Source of the DNA: an uncultured bacterium
Lineage (GTDB): Bacteria; Patescibacteriota; Gracilibacteria; UBA1369; PNNO01
DNA length: 32,000 nucleotides
Assembly (NCBI GenBank): GCA_963704705.1
Contig: OY969931.1
Coordinates: 840,001-872,000, forward strand
Reading direction: 5' to 3'
The notes beneath the pieces are model-generated. The model was not told the DNA's origin, did not search any database, and was given only the letters and a program-made list of their open reading frames with translations. The translations under genes and the position numbers were made by a program. Shown piece after piece: positions 1 to 10,309 of this stretch. Positions within the stretch are counted from its first letter, which is position 1. Each line of letters starts with the position of its first letter.

Positions 1-669
1 CGTGCTCGTCTTCTTCAATCGGCATAAATTCACCGGGACGCTTTTCTTCTTCAAGATAAGCCGTGTATTTCCAACGGCAACTTTGTGCGCAAATTCCCTG
101 ATTGGCATCACGATTGGTCATGTATTGTGACATAAGGCATCTTCCTGAATAAGCAACACAAATTGCACCATGAACAAATGCTTCAAGTTCCATTTCCGGT
201 ACTTTTTCATGGATTTCTTTGATTTCGTTAAGGCTGAGCTCTCGCGGCAAAACAACTCGTTTTGCTCCAAGCTTATGCCAGAACTCAACGTCTTTATAGT
301 TAACTGAATTCGCCTGCACAGAAATATGAATTTTCGCATCGTGATACTCCTCTTTAATCAAACTAAACACACCGGGATTCGCAACAATAAGTGCATCGGG
401 CTTAATCTCACTTAAATATTTAATGTGCTGCCTGAACACATCAATTTTTGAATTATGAGGATAAATGTTTACTGTAACATAAACTTTTTTTCCCAGTTTA
501 TGCGCTTTATCGATCGACTCTTTTAACTTTTCCTTATCAAATTCATTAACGCGGCTTCGCATACTAAAACCGGTTAGGCCCATATACACGACATCAGCAC
601 CATATTCGAAAGCAAAATCCATTTTTTCCGGAGATCCCCCCGGTACGATTAATTCTGGTTTTAACATCT
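1..669 (-). CDS. Peptidase U32 family protein (partial, runs off left edge)
   Basis: Reverse-strand reading from ATG at 669: MLKPELIVPGGSPEKMDFAFEYGADVVYMGL...; includes AFVHGAICVAYSGRCLMSQYMTNRDANQGICAQSCRW, the typical U32 cysteine-containing signature. Confidence 0.9.
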
Positions 670-862
670 AATTCCAAGTTAAATGCGGAGGTAACTTTAG
701 CAGAAAACCTTTAAACTGACAAATTTCGATCACGGGATCGGCATTGCAAAGTCAGAAAAATTTCACAAGCAAGCCAAAAAACAAAGCTATAAATAACCTC
801 CGAAAACAACTAATATGTCAACTTTTTAGCAATTCACCTCTTTTTGTGCTATTAAATTAAAT

Positions 863-2311
863 ATGAAACATTTCGACTTTATTGTTATCGGTTCGGGAAT
901 CTCCGGACTCAACTTCTCGCTTAGTGCTTCCAAAAAAGGCAAAGTTTTAATTGTTACAAAAAAGAAAATTATTGAAGGAGCAACAAACTATGCACAGGGC
1001 GGAATCGCTGCGGTTCTCGACCAACTCGACAACTTCCAAAAACACATAAACGATACATTAAAAGCCGGCGCATATCACAACAACAAAAAAGCGGTCGAAT
1101 ATATGGTTACAAACGGACCAAAAGAAATCCAAAAACTTCAAAATATAGGAGTGAATTTCGCTGAAAATCGCACACACAAACTCGAACTGGCCAAAGAAGG
1201 CGGCCACTCTCACAGACGCATAGCCTTTGTTGGCGACAGAACCGGCCACTCAATCGAAAAATCGCTCATAAAAGCCGTGCGCTCAAATCCGAATATCGAA
1301 ATCTGGGAGGATACTTTTGCTGTGGACCTACTCGGTAAGCCGCCCTTACTCGGTAAGACCTGCTATGGCATAACCATCCTAAAAAAAGGCAAACTCCATA
1401 ACATTTACGCGTCTGCGGTAATACTGGCTACGGGCGGGCTTGGACAAATCTATAAATACACAACAAATCCAAAAATTTCAACTGGTGATGGAATTGGAAT
1501 GGCGGCTAGAGCTGGCGCAAAAATGCAGGATCTCGAATTTATTCAGTTTCATCCAACAGCATTAAATGTACCTAGAAAAAACAAATTTCTGCTTTCTGAA
1601 GCGCTACGTGGAGAAGGCGCAAAACTTCTAAACCATAAAGGCGAAAGATTTATAGACGAACTCAAACCCCGTGATATAGTTGCGCGCGCAATTTACCAAG
1701 AATTAAAGTCAGGTCCGGTTTATCTTGATATTTCGCATAAACCCGCAAACGAAATACGCAAAAGATTCCCGCATATTTACAAAGAACTTAAAAAACGCGG
1801 ATTCGATTTAACCCGCCAAAAGATCCCTATATCCCCTGCTGCCCATTATTCTTGCGGCGGTGTAAAAGTTAACCTTAAAGGAGAAACGTCTATTAAAAAT
1901 CTTTATGCCTTCGGTGAAGTTGCTTGTACCGGTGTGCATGGGGCAAACAGACTCGCAAGCAACTCGTTGCTCGAAGCGGTTGTTTTCAGTGAAGTTATAA
2001 GTGCACAAATCACCAAACAAAAATCCTCACCAACTCCACTAAAATTCCCCCTTCCAAAACTCGCAGCTAAATCCTCAAATTATCAAGCTATCAAGCGAAA
2101 AATAAAGAACATTATGTGGCAAAAAGTAGGCATTGTTCGCAACCCGCACGACCTCAAAACCGCTCTTTCGCAACTTGAATCAATAAAATTCTCCCCTTCC
2201 GCAAAAATTCCTGAACTCGAAACAAAAAATATGCTCGATACAGCAATTCTAGTTACAAAAGCTGCGATTGAACGCAAAAAATCACTCGGCTGTCACTTCC
2301 TTGCTTCCTAA
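863..2311 (+). CDS. nadB: L-aspartate oxidase
   Basis: FAD-binding GSGISGLNFS, TNYAQGGIAAV, HPTALN, RGEGAKLLNHKGERF, SCGGVKVNLKGETS, GEVACTGVHGANRLASNSLLEA. Confidence 0.93.
   Translation: MKHFDFIVIGSGISGLNFSLSASKKGKVLIVTKKKIIEGATNYAQGGIAAVLDQLDNFQKHINDTLKAGAYHNNKKAVEYMVTNGPKEIQKLQNIGVNFAENRTHKLELAKEGGHSHRRIAFVGDRTGHSIEKSLIKAVRSNPNIEIWEDTFAVDLLGKPPLLGKTCYGITILKKGKLHNIYASAVILATGGLGQIYKYTTNPKISTGDGIGMAARAGAKMQDLEFIQFHPTALNVPRKNKFLLSEALRGEGAKLLNHKGERFIDELKPRDIVARAIYQELKSGPVYLDISHKPANEIRKRFPHIYKELKKRGFDLTRQKIPISPAAHYSCGGVKVNLKGETSIKNLYAFGEVACTGVHGANRLASNSLLEAVVFSEVISAQITKQKSSPTPLKFPLPKLAAKSSNYQAIKRKIKNIMWQKVGIVRNPHDLKTALSQLESIKFSPSAKIPELETKNMLDTAILVTKAAIERKKSLGCHFLAS
1329..1357 (+). repeat. Short direct repeat TACTCGGTAAG at 18-bp offset inside nadB
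   Basis: tactcggtaag ccgccct tactcggtaag, encoding LLGKPPLLGK. Confidence 0.85.
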
Positions 2312-5300
2312 ATATTCCCACAATTCTTTAAAAAATGTAGAACCAAATTCCTCGAATCTTTCTATTCCCGCTTTTTTATCACCGCCTTCCTGCTGAATAT
2401 AATAATCGCAAAGTTTTCTTCCTAACATTTGTTCTGTCATTAATAAATTGCATTCAACTCCAAAACCCAATTCCAATAAGAATACATTTAATGGTATTTC
2501 GCATTTTCTTTCCAACTCATGCTGCTTTTGTTCTGTAAATTCAAAAATCTCTAAACAGCTATAAATTCGATTTGGAGTTTTAAAATCTCTTAACTGCCTT
2601 ATTTCATCTTCATTGTAAGTAATAGTTTTACCAATAAGTCCGCGTTTTAACATTTCTATAATTACAATCACTGCTTCAGGATGGAAATCCGTGCCTGCTT
2701 TTCGTATTAAATAACCATTTAAATCTTGCAGAGGCATTGGACCCTTCGCCCTGTACTTTCTGTCAGTTGACCTTACAGCCTGTATTTGATCGGCAGGATT
2801 CATCATACGTGCCATCCAAATATAAGCTTCACTTAATTTGAATGATAAAGCCTGAATCTCTTCTTCTGTTGGATTTTCAAGTTTATCCAAAAGCATACGA
2901 GGCAGTTCTTTAATTTTATCACCAGGCGCCTCAACAGGATAACTGGGCTCAAGCCCATATTTAATATGATGTGCAAAAATTAAAATAACCAATTCCGGAA
3001 AATGTTTAATAAAATGTGGAATTCCCCTTAACCATTCAGGGCCTTCAGTTGCATGCTTTTCTGTTTCTTCTCTTTCAAAATCCTGATATTTTCTTGGGAT
3101 ATCAAGTAACATTATTGTGTTTACAGCTAATTTTCCAACATCATGTAACATTCCGGCAGCTTCAGCTATAATCGGATCAATATCAAAATCTTTTGTTTCA
3201 TTTAAATAATAGCAAATTTGTAAACACATAAATGCCATTTCCTGCTGATGTCCCATGGTTGGATTGTGTCTTCTGAACAAATACCCAGATAAAGCTTTTA
3301 CTTCTTCCAATGCTTCTTTCTTTTTTGTTTTATAAGAAGGGTCTTCAGCATCTAATGCTTCCATCTCATTCATTATGTCATTCAAATTCAATAAATATCT
3401 CATTCCTTTAAATATTTCTTCAATTATTTCTTCTGAAGCTTTTGACATTTTCATATCAACTTCCAAAATCATATATCTTCCTTTCTGCTCATCGATTGGC
3501 ATTACTCTCAAAATTCTGCCTTTATCTGTATGATACAAATATGTTCTTTTTTTACTGTTTTTATAGTTCTCAATACTTTCATTCAATAAAATATATTCGG
3601 ATTTATCCATATGACCTATTATTTTCACGCCATCAGGACTTTCTTCGTACATATAAGTTCTTCCAATATTAGGAACAATCTCTCTTAATGAATCACCAAC
3701 AGAATGATTCAATACTGCTTCATAATCTTCAGCATTTGCCAAATCATGATTTCGTAAAATTCTGTAAACCATATCAGTCCATTTTTGGATTCTGTAGTCG
3801 CTGGCAATTTCAGCCATATCAAATTCATCAGGATCTTTAGGCTTTCTGAAATCATTCAAAAGCTCATCATTAAAATCCATCATTTCTTGATATTTCTTTT
3901 GTATTAATCTAAATAACCTAGTTCCTTTAAATCCTACATCCTGAAGATTATTATAAGCTTCACATAGATATTTCTGACAATCTATAAATGCCTTTAAAAG
4001 CTCCGGACCACTCGTAAATTTTTCTCCATTTTTTTTCTCTTTTATTCCTCTGTATTCCGCACCAAGTAACCGTACTTTTGCAAATGCGGTTTTACCAAGA
4101 ATATAATAAATTTTAGCATCCATTGCTCTGTTCGATAATTTCGGACGCGGTGAATCGGTATCAAGCCTGTAAGCATCAAAAATCTCTTCAATTTTCTCAA
4201 TATCATCCAATGTAAGATGTCTTGTAAGTTTTTGAGAATCAAAATTAGTTACTTTATCAACTTTTTCTCTTGTTTCTTGTCTTTCCTGATCAATCCCTGC
4301 TCTTGAACTTGATTCCAGCAACTGAATTTCAGCTTGAATTACATTAAGCCATTTATCAAAAATATGGATTGAGCCTCTGTTATAAGTCTGAGTCTTTCCT
4401 CTTAAAATTCTTATTGCATCACATGCAGCAGTTGCCTCTTCGATTTTTTCAAATCGGATTGCAGCTCTTGCAACTAATATTTGGATCAAAGTCTGAACTC
4501 TTTTAAATTCCTGATCAATAGCTTCCTTTAGCACTTCATTAAAAACTCCTTCTGCCTCATTATAATCTATTCTGTTTTTAATTAAGTCGTCAAAAGTGGT
4601 TTGTGCTTTTACTTCAAGCGCAAATTCCACATTAGCCGGATGAGTAAATTCACCATTTTTAAACTTTTGTAAAACTTGATCAGCCCTATTTTTCAATTTA
4701 ACTATTTTATTTTTTCTTAAAAAGATTTTATCAGGCTTATCATTTCCCAAAATATGTTCAATCTCAATTTCCAAAAAGTCAGTATATACATCAAGCCAGG
4801 TTTCTGTTTGATCTTTAAGCGTGTAACGCGCAGCTTTTTGGAATCTTTCCGGATCTTCATTTTTATCCGAAACATCAACTGCCTGCTCAGGAATATATCC
4901 TTGCGGCAATAAATTCATTGCTTCAATTGATATTGCTGCGGCTTCTTTACAATTTTCATGATATTTTTGTCCTTCTGCTGTTAAATCCGTAGATCTTAAG
5001 AAAAAATCATGAATTGAACCAGTAAAACGTGTTAAAAAATATGCACATCTCCATATCAATTCCAGTTTTTCCGGCCCGAGCTGATGTTTTTGCTTGTTAA
5101 AATAAGTTTTAACTGTATCAAACAAATAATTAACATTCACATAATGATCCTGAATATAACATTCCTGAATCTCCCTTAAAACTTCTTGCTGATCCTCATC
5201 ATCTTTTAAAATCAACACCACAAAATCAAATAAAACTTCACCGAAATTATGAAATTCACGCATAACCATGTCCGGTTCCATTTGAATATTTGAATATGAT

Positions 5301-5608
5301 TGAATAATCGCATAATGCAGCAAAGCTTCACGTACCAAAATAAGCGAATCATTTATTCCGCGCGCCTTTACAGCATTAATAAGAACCTGTGCATTACGAT
5401 AACTTACCAATGCGTCTTTATGATCTCCATTTTTACGTTCTTTATCAGCATCTATATAAATATCAAAAAACATTTGATGCCATTTTTCTTCAAGTTCATC
5501 ATTTGGAAGCAATTCAACTTCTCTTAATTGAGGAGTAACCGAAGGCAATTTAGACGTGGTTCGTCTACGACCGGTTTTAAGGGCTGAAAATTCGAGTGAA
5601 GCTGCCAT
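2282..5608 (-). CDS. Large protein with C-terminal degenerate HD-GYP-like domain and uncharacterised helical N-terminal region
   Basis: AAGMLHDVGK (HD), KHATEGPEWL, HHIKYGLEPSYP (cf. HHExxDGxGYP), ADQIQAVRSTDRKYR, DFHPEAV; N-terminal ~700 aa rich in helical/TPR-like stretches. Confidence 0.75.
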   Translation of the reverse strand: MAASLEFSALKTGRRRTTSKLPSVTPQLREVELLPNDELEEKWHQMFFDIYIDADKERKNGDHKDALVSYRNAQVLINAVKARGINDSLILVREALLHYAIIQSYSNIQMEPDMVMREFHNFGEVLFDFVVLILKDDEDQQEVLREIQECYIQDHYVNVNYLFDTVKTYFNKQKHQLGPEKLELIWRCAYFLTRFTGSIHDFFLRSTDLTAEGQKYHENCKEAAAISIEAMNLLPQGYIPEQAVDVSDKNEDPERFQKAARYTLKDQTETWLDVYTDFLEIEIEHILGNDKPDKIFLRKNKIVKLKNRADQVLQKFKNGEFTHPANVEFALEVKAQTTFDDLIKNRIDYNEAEGVFNEVLKEAIDQEFKRVQTLIQILVARAAIRFEKIEEATAACDAIRILRGKTQTYNRGSIHIFDKWLNVIQAEIQLLESSSRAGIDQERQETREKVDKVTNFDSQKLTRHLTLDDIEKIEEIFDAYRLDTDSPRPKLSNRAMDAKIYYILGKTAFAKVRLLGAEYRGIKEKKNGEKFTSGPELLKAFIDCQKYLCEAYNNLQDVGFKGTRLFRLIQKKYQEMMDFNDELLNDFRKPKDPDEFDMAEIASDYRIQKWTDMVYRILRNHDLANAEDYEAVLNHSVGDSLREIVPNIGRTYMYEESPDGVKIIGHMDKSEYILLNESIENYKNSKKRTYLYHTDKGRILRVMPIDEQKGRYMILEVDMKMSKASEEIIEEIFKGMRYLLNLNDIMNEMEALDAEDPSYKTKKKEALEEVKALSGYLFRRHNPTMGHQQEMAFMCLQICYYLNETKDFDIDPIIAEAAGMLHDVGKLAVNTIMLLDIPRKYQDFEREETEKHATEGPEWLRGIPHFIKHFPELVILIFAHHIKYGLEPSYPVEAPGDKIKELPRMLLDKLENPTEEEIQALSFKLSEAYIWMARMMNPADQIQAVRSTDRKYRAKGPMPLQDLNGYLIRKAGTDFHPEAVIVIIEMLKRGLIGKTITYNEDEIRQLRDFKTPNRIYSCLEIFEFTEQKQHELERKCEIPLNVFLLELGFGVECNLLMTEQMLGRKLCDYYIQQEGGDKKAGIERFEEFGSTFFKELWEYLGSKEVTAE

Positions 5609-5665
5609 GTTTATCCTTACAGAATTGCTGAAAATACTTTACACATTGCAAATCAGTCATGCAAG

Positions 5666-5694
5666 TTGACATTTGGGCTAATTTAGTGTAAAAT
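5666..5694 (+). promoter_or_regulatory. Putative sigma70-type promoter upstream of the 98-aa ORF
   Basis: TTGACA (5666-5671), 17-nt spacer, TAAAAT (5689-5694). Confidence 0.65.
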
Positions 5695-5760
5695 ATACAT
5701 TGGATGATAAAAAAGGCCAAGTAAAAGCCAAAAACTAATTATTCACTTAACAAAAACAAA

Positions 5761-6057
5761 ATGTTTGAAAAAAAACATGCCAACAAGTTCTGGGCAATAG
5801 CAATTATTTTAATTGCGCTTGTAACAGTAACGGTTGTATTGCAGGCTCAAATCCTAATGATGCTTCGCGATCTGCAAACTTCGTTATTTAGAACTTTAAT
5901 CCCTACAACTTCGATAGAACAAGTTATGGATTCAAATCCATTACCAATCAAACCAGTGAATACTGTAAGTGATTCAAATCCATTACCAATCAAACCTGTT
6001 GATGTTGTAAGCGATTCAAATCCAAATCCACCAATGACAACATTGAAAACTTACTAG
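5761..6057 (+). CDS. Small membrane-anchored protein with tandem proline-rich repeats
   Basis: One hydrophobic segment (FWAIAIILIALVTVTVVLQAQ) followed by DSNPLPIKPVNTVS/DSNPLPIKPVDVVS/DSNPNPP; flanked by a good promoter and a terminator. Confidence 0.6.
   Translation: MFEKKHANKFWAIAIILIALVTVTVVLQAQILMMLRDLQTSLFRTLIPTTSIEQVMDSNPLPIKPVNTVSDSNPLPIKPVDVVSDSNPNPPMTTLKTY
5929..6027 (+). repeat. 42-bp tandem repeat (about 2.3 copies) within the 98-aa ORF
   Basis: Unit 1 5929..5970, unit 2 5971..6012, partial third copy; 14-aa period DSNPLPIKPV(N/D)(T/V)VS. Confidence 0.85.
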
Positions 6058-6073
6058 AAATTATAAAAAATAT

Positions 6074-6108
6074 AACCTTGCCGCTTAGTAATTAAGCGGT
6101 AAGGTTTT
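6074..6108 (+). terminator. Intrinsic terminator, probably bidirectional between convergent genes
   Basis: AACCTTGCCGCTTA-GTAAT-TAAGCGGTAAGGTT-TTTT: 14-bp stem with one G-U pair and a T-run. Confidence 0.85.
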
Positions 6109-6112
6109 TTTA

Positions 6113-7183
6113 TTATTTTCCAAGTTCAGCTAATTTCTTTGCCTGATCTTCCATACTTAATTCTTCAATTATATCTTCAATATCGCCATCCATTATGCCG
6201 TGAATATTACTCCAGCTCTTTTTAATTCTATGATCAGTGACCCTATCCTGCGGAAAATTGTATGTCCTGATTTTTTCAGATCTGTCTCCTGTCCCAATTT
6301 GGCTTAAACGTTCCTCTCCGAGTTCCTTTAATCTCTTATCTTCTTCAATCTGATACAAACGAGCTCTTAAAACCGACATTGCTTTTGTCTTATTCTTTAA
6401 CTGTGATTTTTCATCCTGACAAGTTACTACCAGTCCAGAAGGTAAATGAGTAATTCTAACCGCAGAATCCGTAGTATTAACAGACTGCCCGCCTGGTCCG
6501 CTTGACCTGAATATATCAATTTTCAAATCGGAATCTTTAATATCAACTTCCACTTCATCAACTTCAGGCAATACTGCGCAGCTAACAGCTGAAGTGTGAA
6601 TTCTGCCCTGACTCTCTGTAACAGGAATTCTTTGAACCCTGTGGACACCGCTTTCATATTTCATTTTTCCATATGCCCCATGCCCCATAATTTTAAAAAT
6701 TATTTCTTTCATACCACCGTCTGTAGTTTCTGATTTACTTATAAGTTCTGTTTTAAATCCAATATTATCAGCCCATCTCATATACATTCGGGCAAGTTCA
6801 GCAGCAAAAAGCGAAGCTTCGTCTCCTCCTGTGCCAGCCCGTATTTCAACTATACAATCTTTAATATCATTTGGATCTTTAGGTAAAAGTTCTATTTTGA
6901 TCTGTTCTTCTAATGTTTTTTTATCTTTTTTTGCTTTTTCCAGCTGGTCTTTAGCCATTTCAATCATTTCTTCATCCTTTTCCGTTTCTAAAATCTCCTC
7001 GGAATCGCTTATTTCTTTCATTACATTTTCATATTTAACAGCCAATTTATAAGCATTTTCCAAAGCCTTTAAATTTTTCATTAATTTTGTATATTTTACC
7101 TGATCACTTGCAACCTCAGGTTGTGAAGCCTGCTTTTGAAGCTCTTCATACTCCGCTTTAATCTTTTGTAACTTATCCAGCAT
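6113..7183 (-). CDS. prfA: Peptide chain release factor 1
   Basis: [22 protein letters not shown] (GGQ) and [15 protein letters not shown] (RF1-type PxT). Confidence 0.95.
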   Translation of the reverse strand: MLDKLQKIKAEYEELQKQASQPEVASDQVKYTKLMKNLKALENAYKLAVKYENVMKEISDSEEILETEKDEEMIEMAKDQLEKAKKDKKTLEEQIKIELLPKDPNDIKDCIVEIRAGTGGDEASLFAAELARMYMRWADNIGFKTELISKSETTDGGMKEIIFKIMGHGAYGKMKYESGVHRVQRIPVTESQGRIHTSAVSCAVLPEVDEVEVDIKDSDLKIDIFRSSGPGGQSVNTTDSAVRITHLPSGLVVTCQDEKSQLKNKTKAMSVLRARLYQIEEDKRLKELGEERLSQIGTGDRSEKIRTYNFPQDRVTDHRIKKSWSNIHGIMDGDIEDIIEELSMEDQAKKLAELGK

Positions 7184-7984
7184 TTAATTTTTGATTATAA
7201 AATACCTATCCAAACCAGCCAAATCCTGCAAAACTTCACATTCAGCTTCAGGAAAATACTTTTTAAATAAAATTTCAAGTGCTTCACCCTGCATATATCC
7301 AATTTCACCCAATAAATATTTAAATCCCTTAACCTGTTTAAATAATTTCTCATAAATTTCCAAACCATCAGAGCCACCAAATAATGCGACATGTGGTTCA
7401 TGTTCTTCTGTTTCTTTTGAAACAAAAGAATTTGTATCAGTGCCTATATATGGAAGATTAGCCACAATAATATCAAATTCCATATCCTTAAGTTCTGAAA
7501 GTAAATCCGATCTTATAAAACTTACAACAGCACCAAGCCTTTCAGCGTTCACTTTTGCCACTTCCAAAGCTTTGTCGCTGATATCAGTTGCATAAATTTC
7601 AATATTTTTAAGATTTTTAGCCAATGAAATTGCAATATTTCCGCTTCCTGTACCAATATCAACAATTCTTTTTAATGATTTATCCGAACTTACCAGATCA
7701 ATTATTGTTTCAACCAAAAACTCGGTTTCGGGTCTTGGAATAAGCACTCTTTCATCAACATAAAAAGGCAAACCATAAAATTCTTTATGTTTTGTTAAAT
7801 AAGCAACAGGTACTCCCCTTTCATGTCCGCGAATATCCTCATAAAATCTTGTACAGCTCTCGTTTGATACATCGTAATCCGGATTCGTTAAAAGAAATTC
7901 ACGGGATTTATTTAAAATATGCGATAAAAGCACTTCTTTTTCCAGTGAATTACCTCCTGTCTGTAATAAATCTTTAATTTTCAT
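7184..7984 (-). CDS. prmC: Peptide chain release factor N5-glutamine methyltransferase
   Basis: VDIGTGSGNIAISLAK, DIIVANLPYIG, LIPRPETE; directly adjacent to prfA. Confidence 0.93.
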   Translation of the reverse strand: MKIKDLLQTGGNSLEKEVLLSHILNKSREFLLTNPDYDVSNESCTRFYEDIRGHERGVPVAYLTKHKEFYGLPFYVDERVLIPRPETEFLVETIIDLVSSDKSLKRIVDIGTGSGNIAISLAKNLKNIEIYATDISDKALEVAKVNAERLGAVVSFIRSDLLSELKDMEFDIIVANLPYIGTDTNSFVSKETEEHEPHVALFGGSDGLEIYEKLFKQVKGFKYLLGEIGYMQGEALEILFKKYFPEAECEVLQDLAGLDRYFIIKN

Positions 7985-8034
7985 GATTTTAAAAAAGCCG
8001 CTAAATTAATAACGGCTTGATAATTTAAGAACAG

Positions 8035-8241
8035 TTATGCAAATCTGTTTTTATCTTTTATTGCTCTGTATTCTTCGCGTTTAACAGCTTTTTTTCTCTG
8101 TAGTCTTTTAGTAAGAGGTTTTTGAAAATATCTTCCGGTTCTTTTTTGCAAAAGAATACGGCTTGCCTGCACTTTTTTATTAAAGCGGGAAATTACACGA
8201 TCAACTGATTCTTTATCATTTTTTTCAACTTTTATTGCCAA
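8035..8241 (-). CDS. rpsU: 30S ribosomal protein S21
   Basis: Small basic protein matching bS21; strong SD AAAGGAGGTG upstream. Confidence 0.85.
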   Translation of the reverse strand: MAIKVEKNDKESVDRVISRFNKKVQASRILLQKRTGRYFQKPLTKRLQRKKAVKREEYRAIKDKNRFA

Positions 8242-8300
8242 TTAAATGCACCTCCTTTCGTATAGTTAATTAATGTGAAGTAAGATTATAGTAATTACTG

Positions 8301-10292
<1,992 letters not shown>

Positions 10293-10309
10293 TCAGGCTA
10301 TTTTTATGT

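Noticed and set aside
118-339. 73-aa ORF in the left edge
   Set aside because: Overlaps the better-supported U32 peptidase reading frame.
672-862. Possible structured RNA upstream of nadB (CGATC...GATCG hairpin)
   Set aside because: Only a 5-bp stem visible by eye; not enough to claim a riboswitch. An Infernal/Rfam scan would decide.
1058-2277. Antisense ORFs inside nadB (1058..1249, 1808..2020, 2083..2277, minus strand)
   Set aside because: They lie on the opposite strand of a clearly conserved gene and have no recognisable domain.
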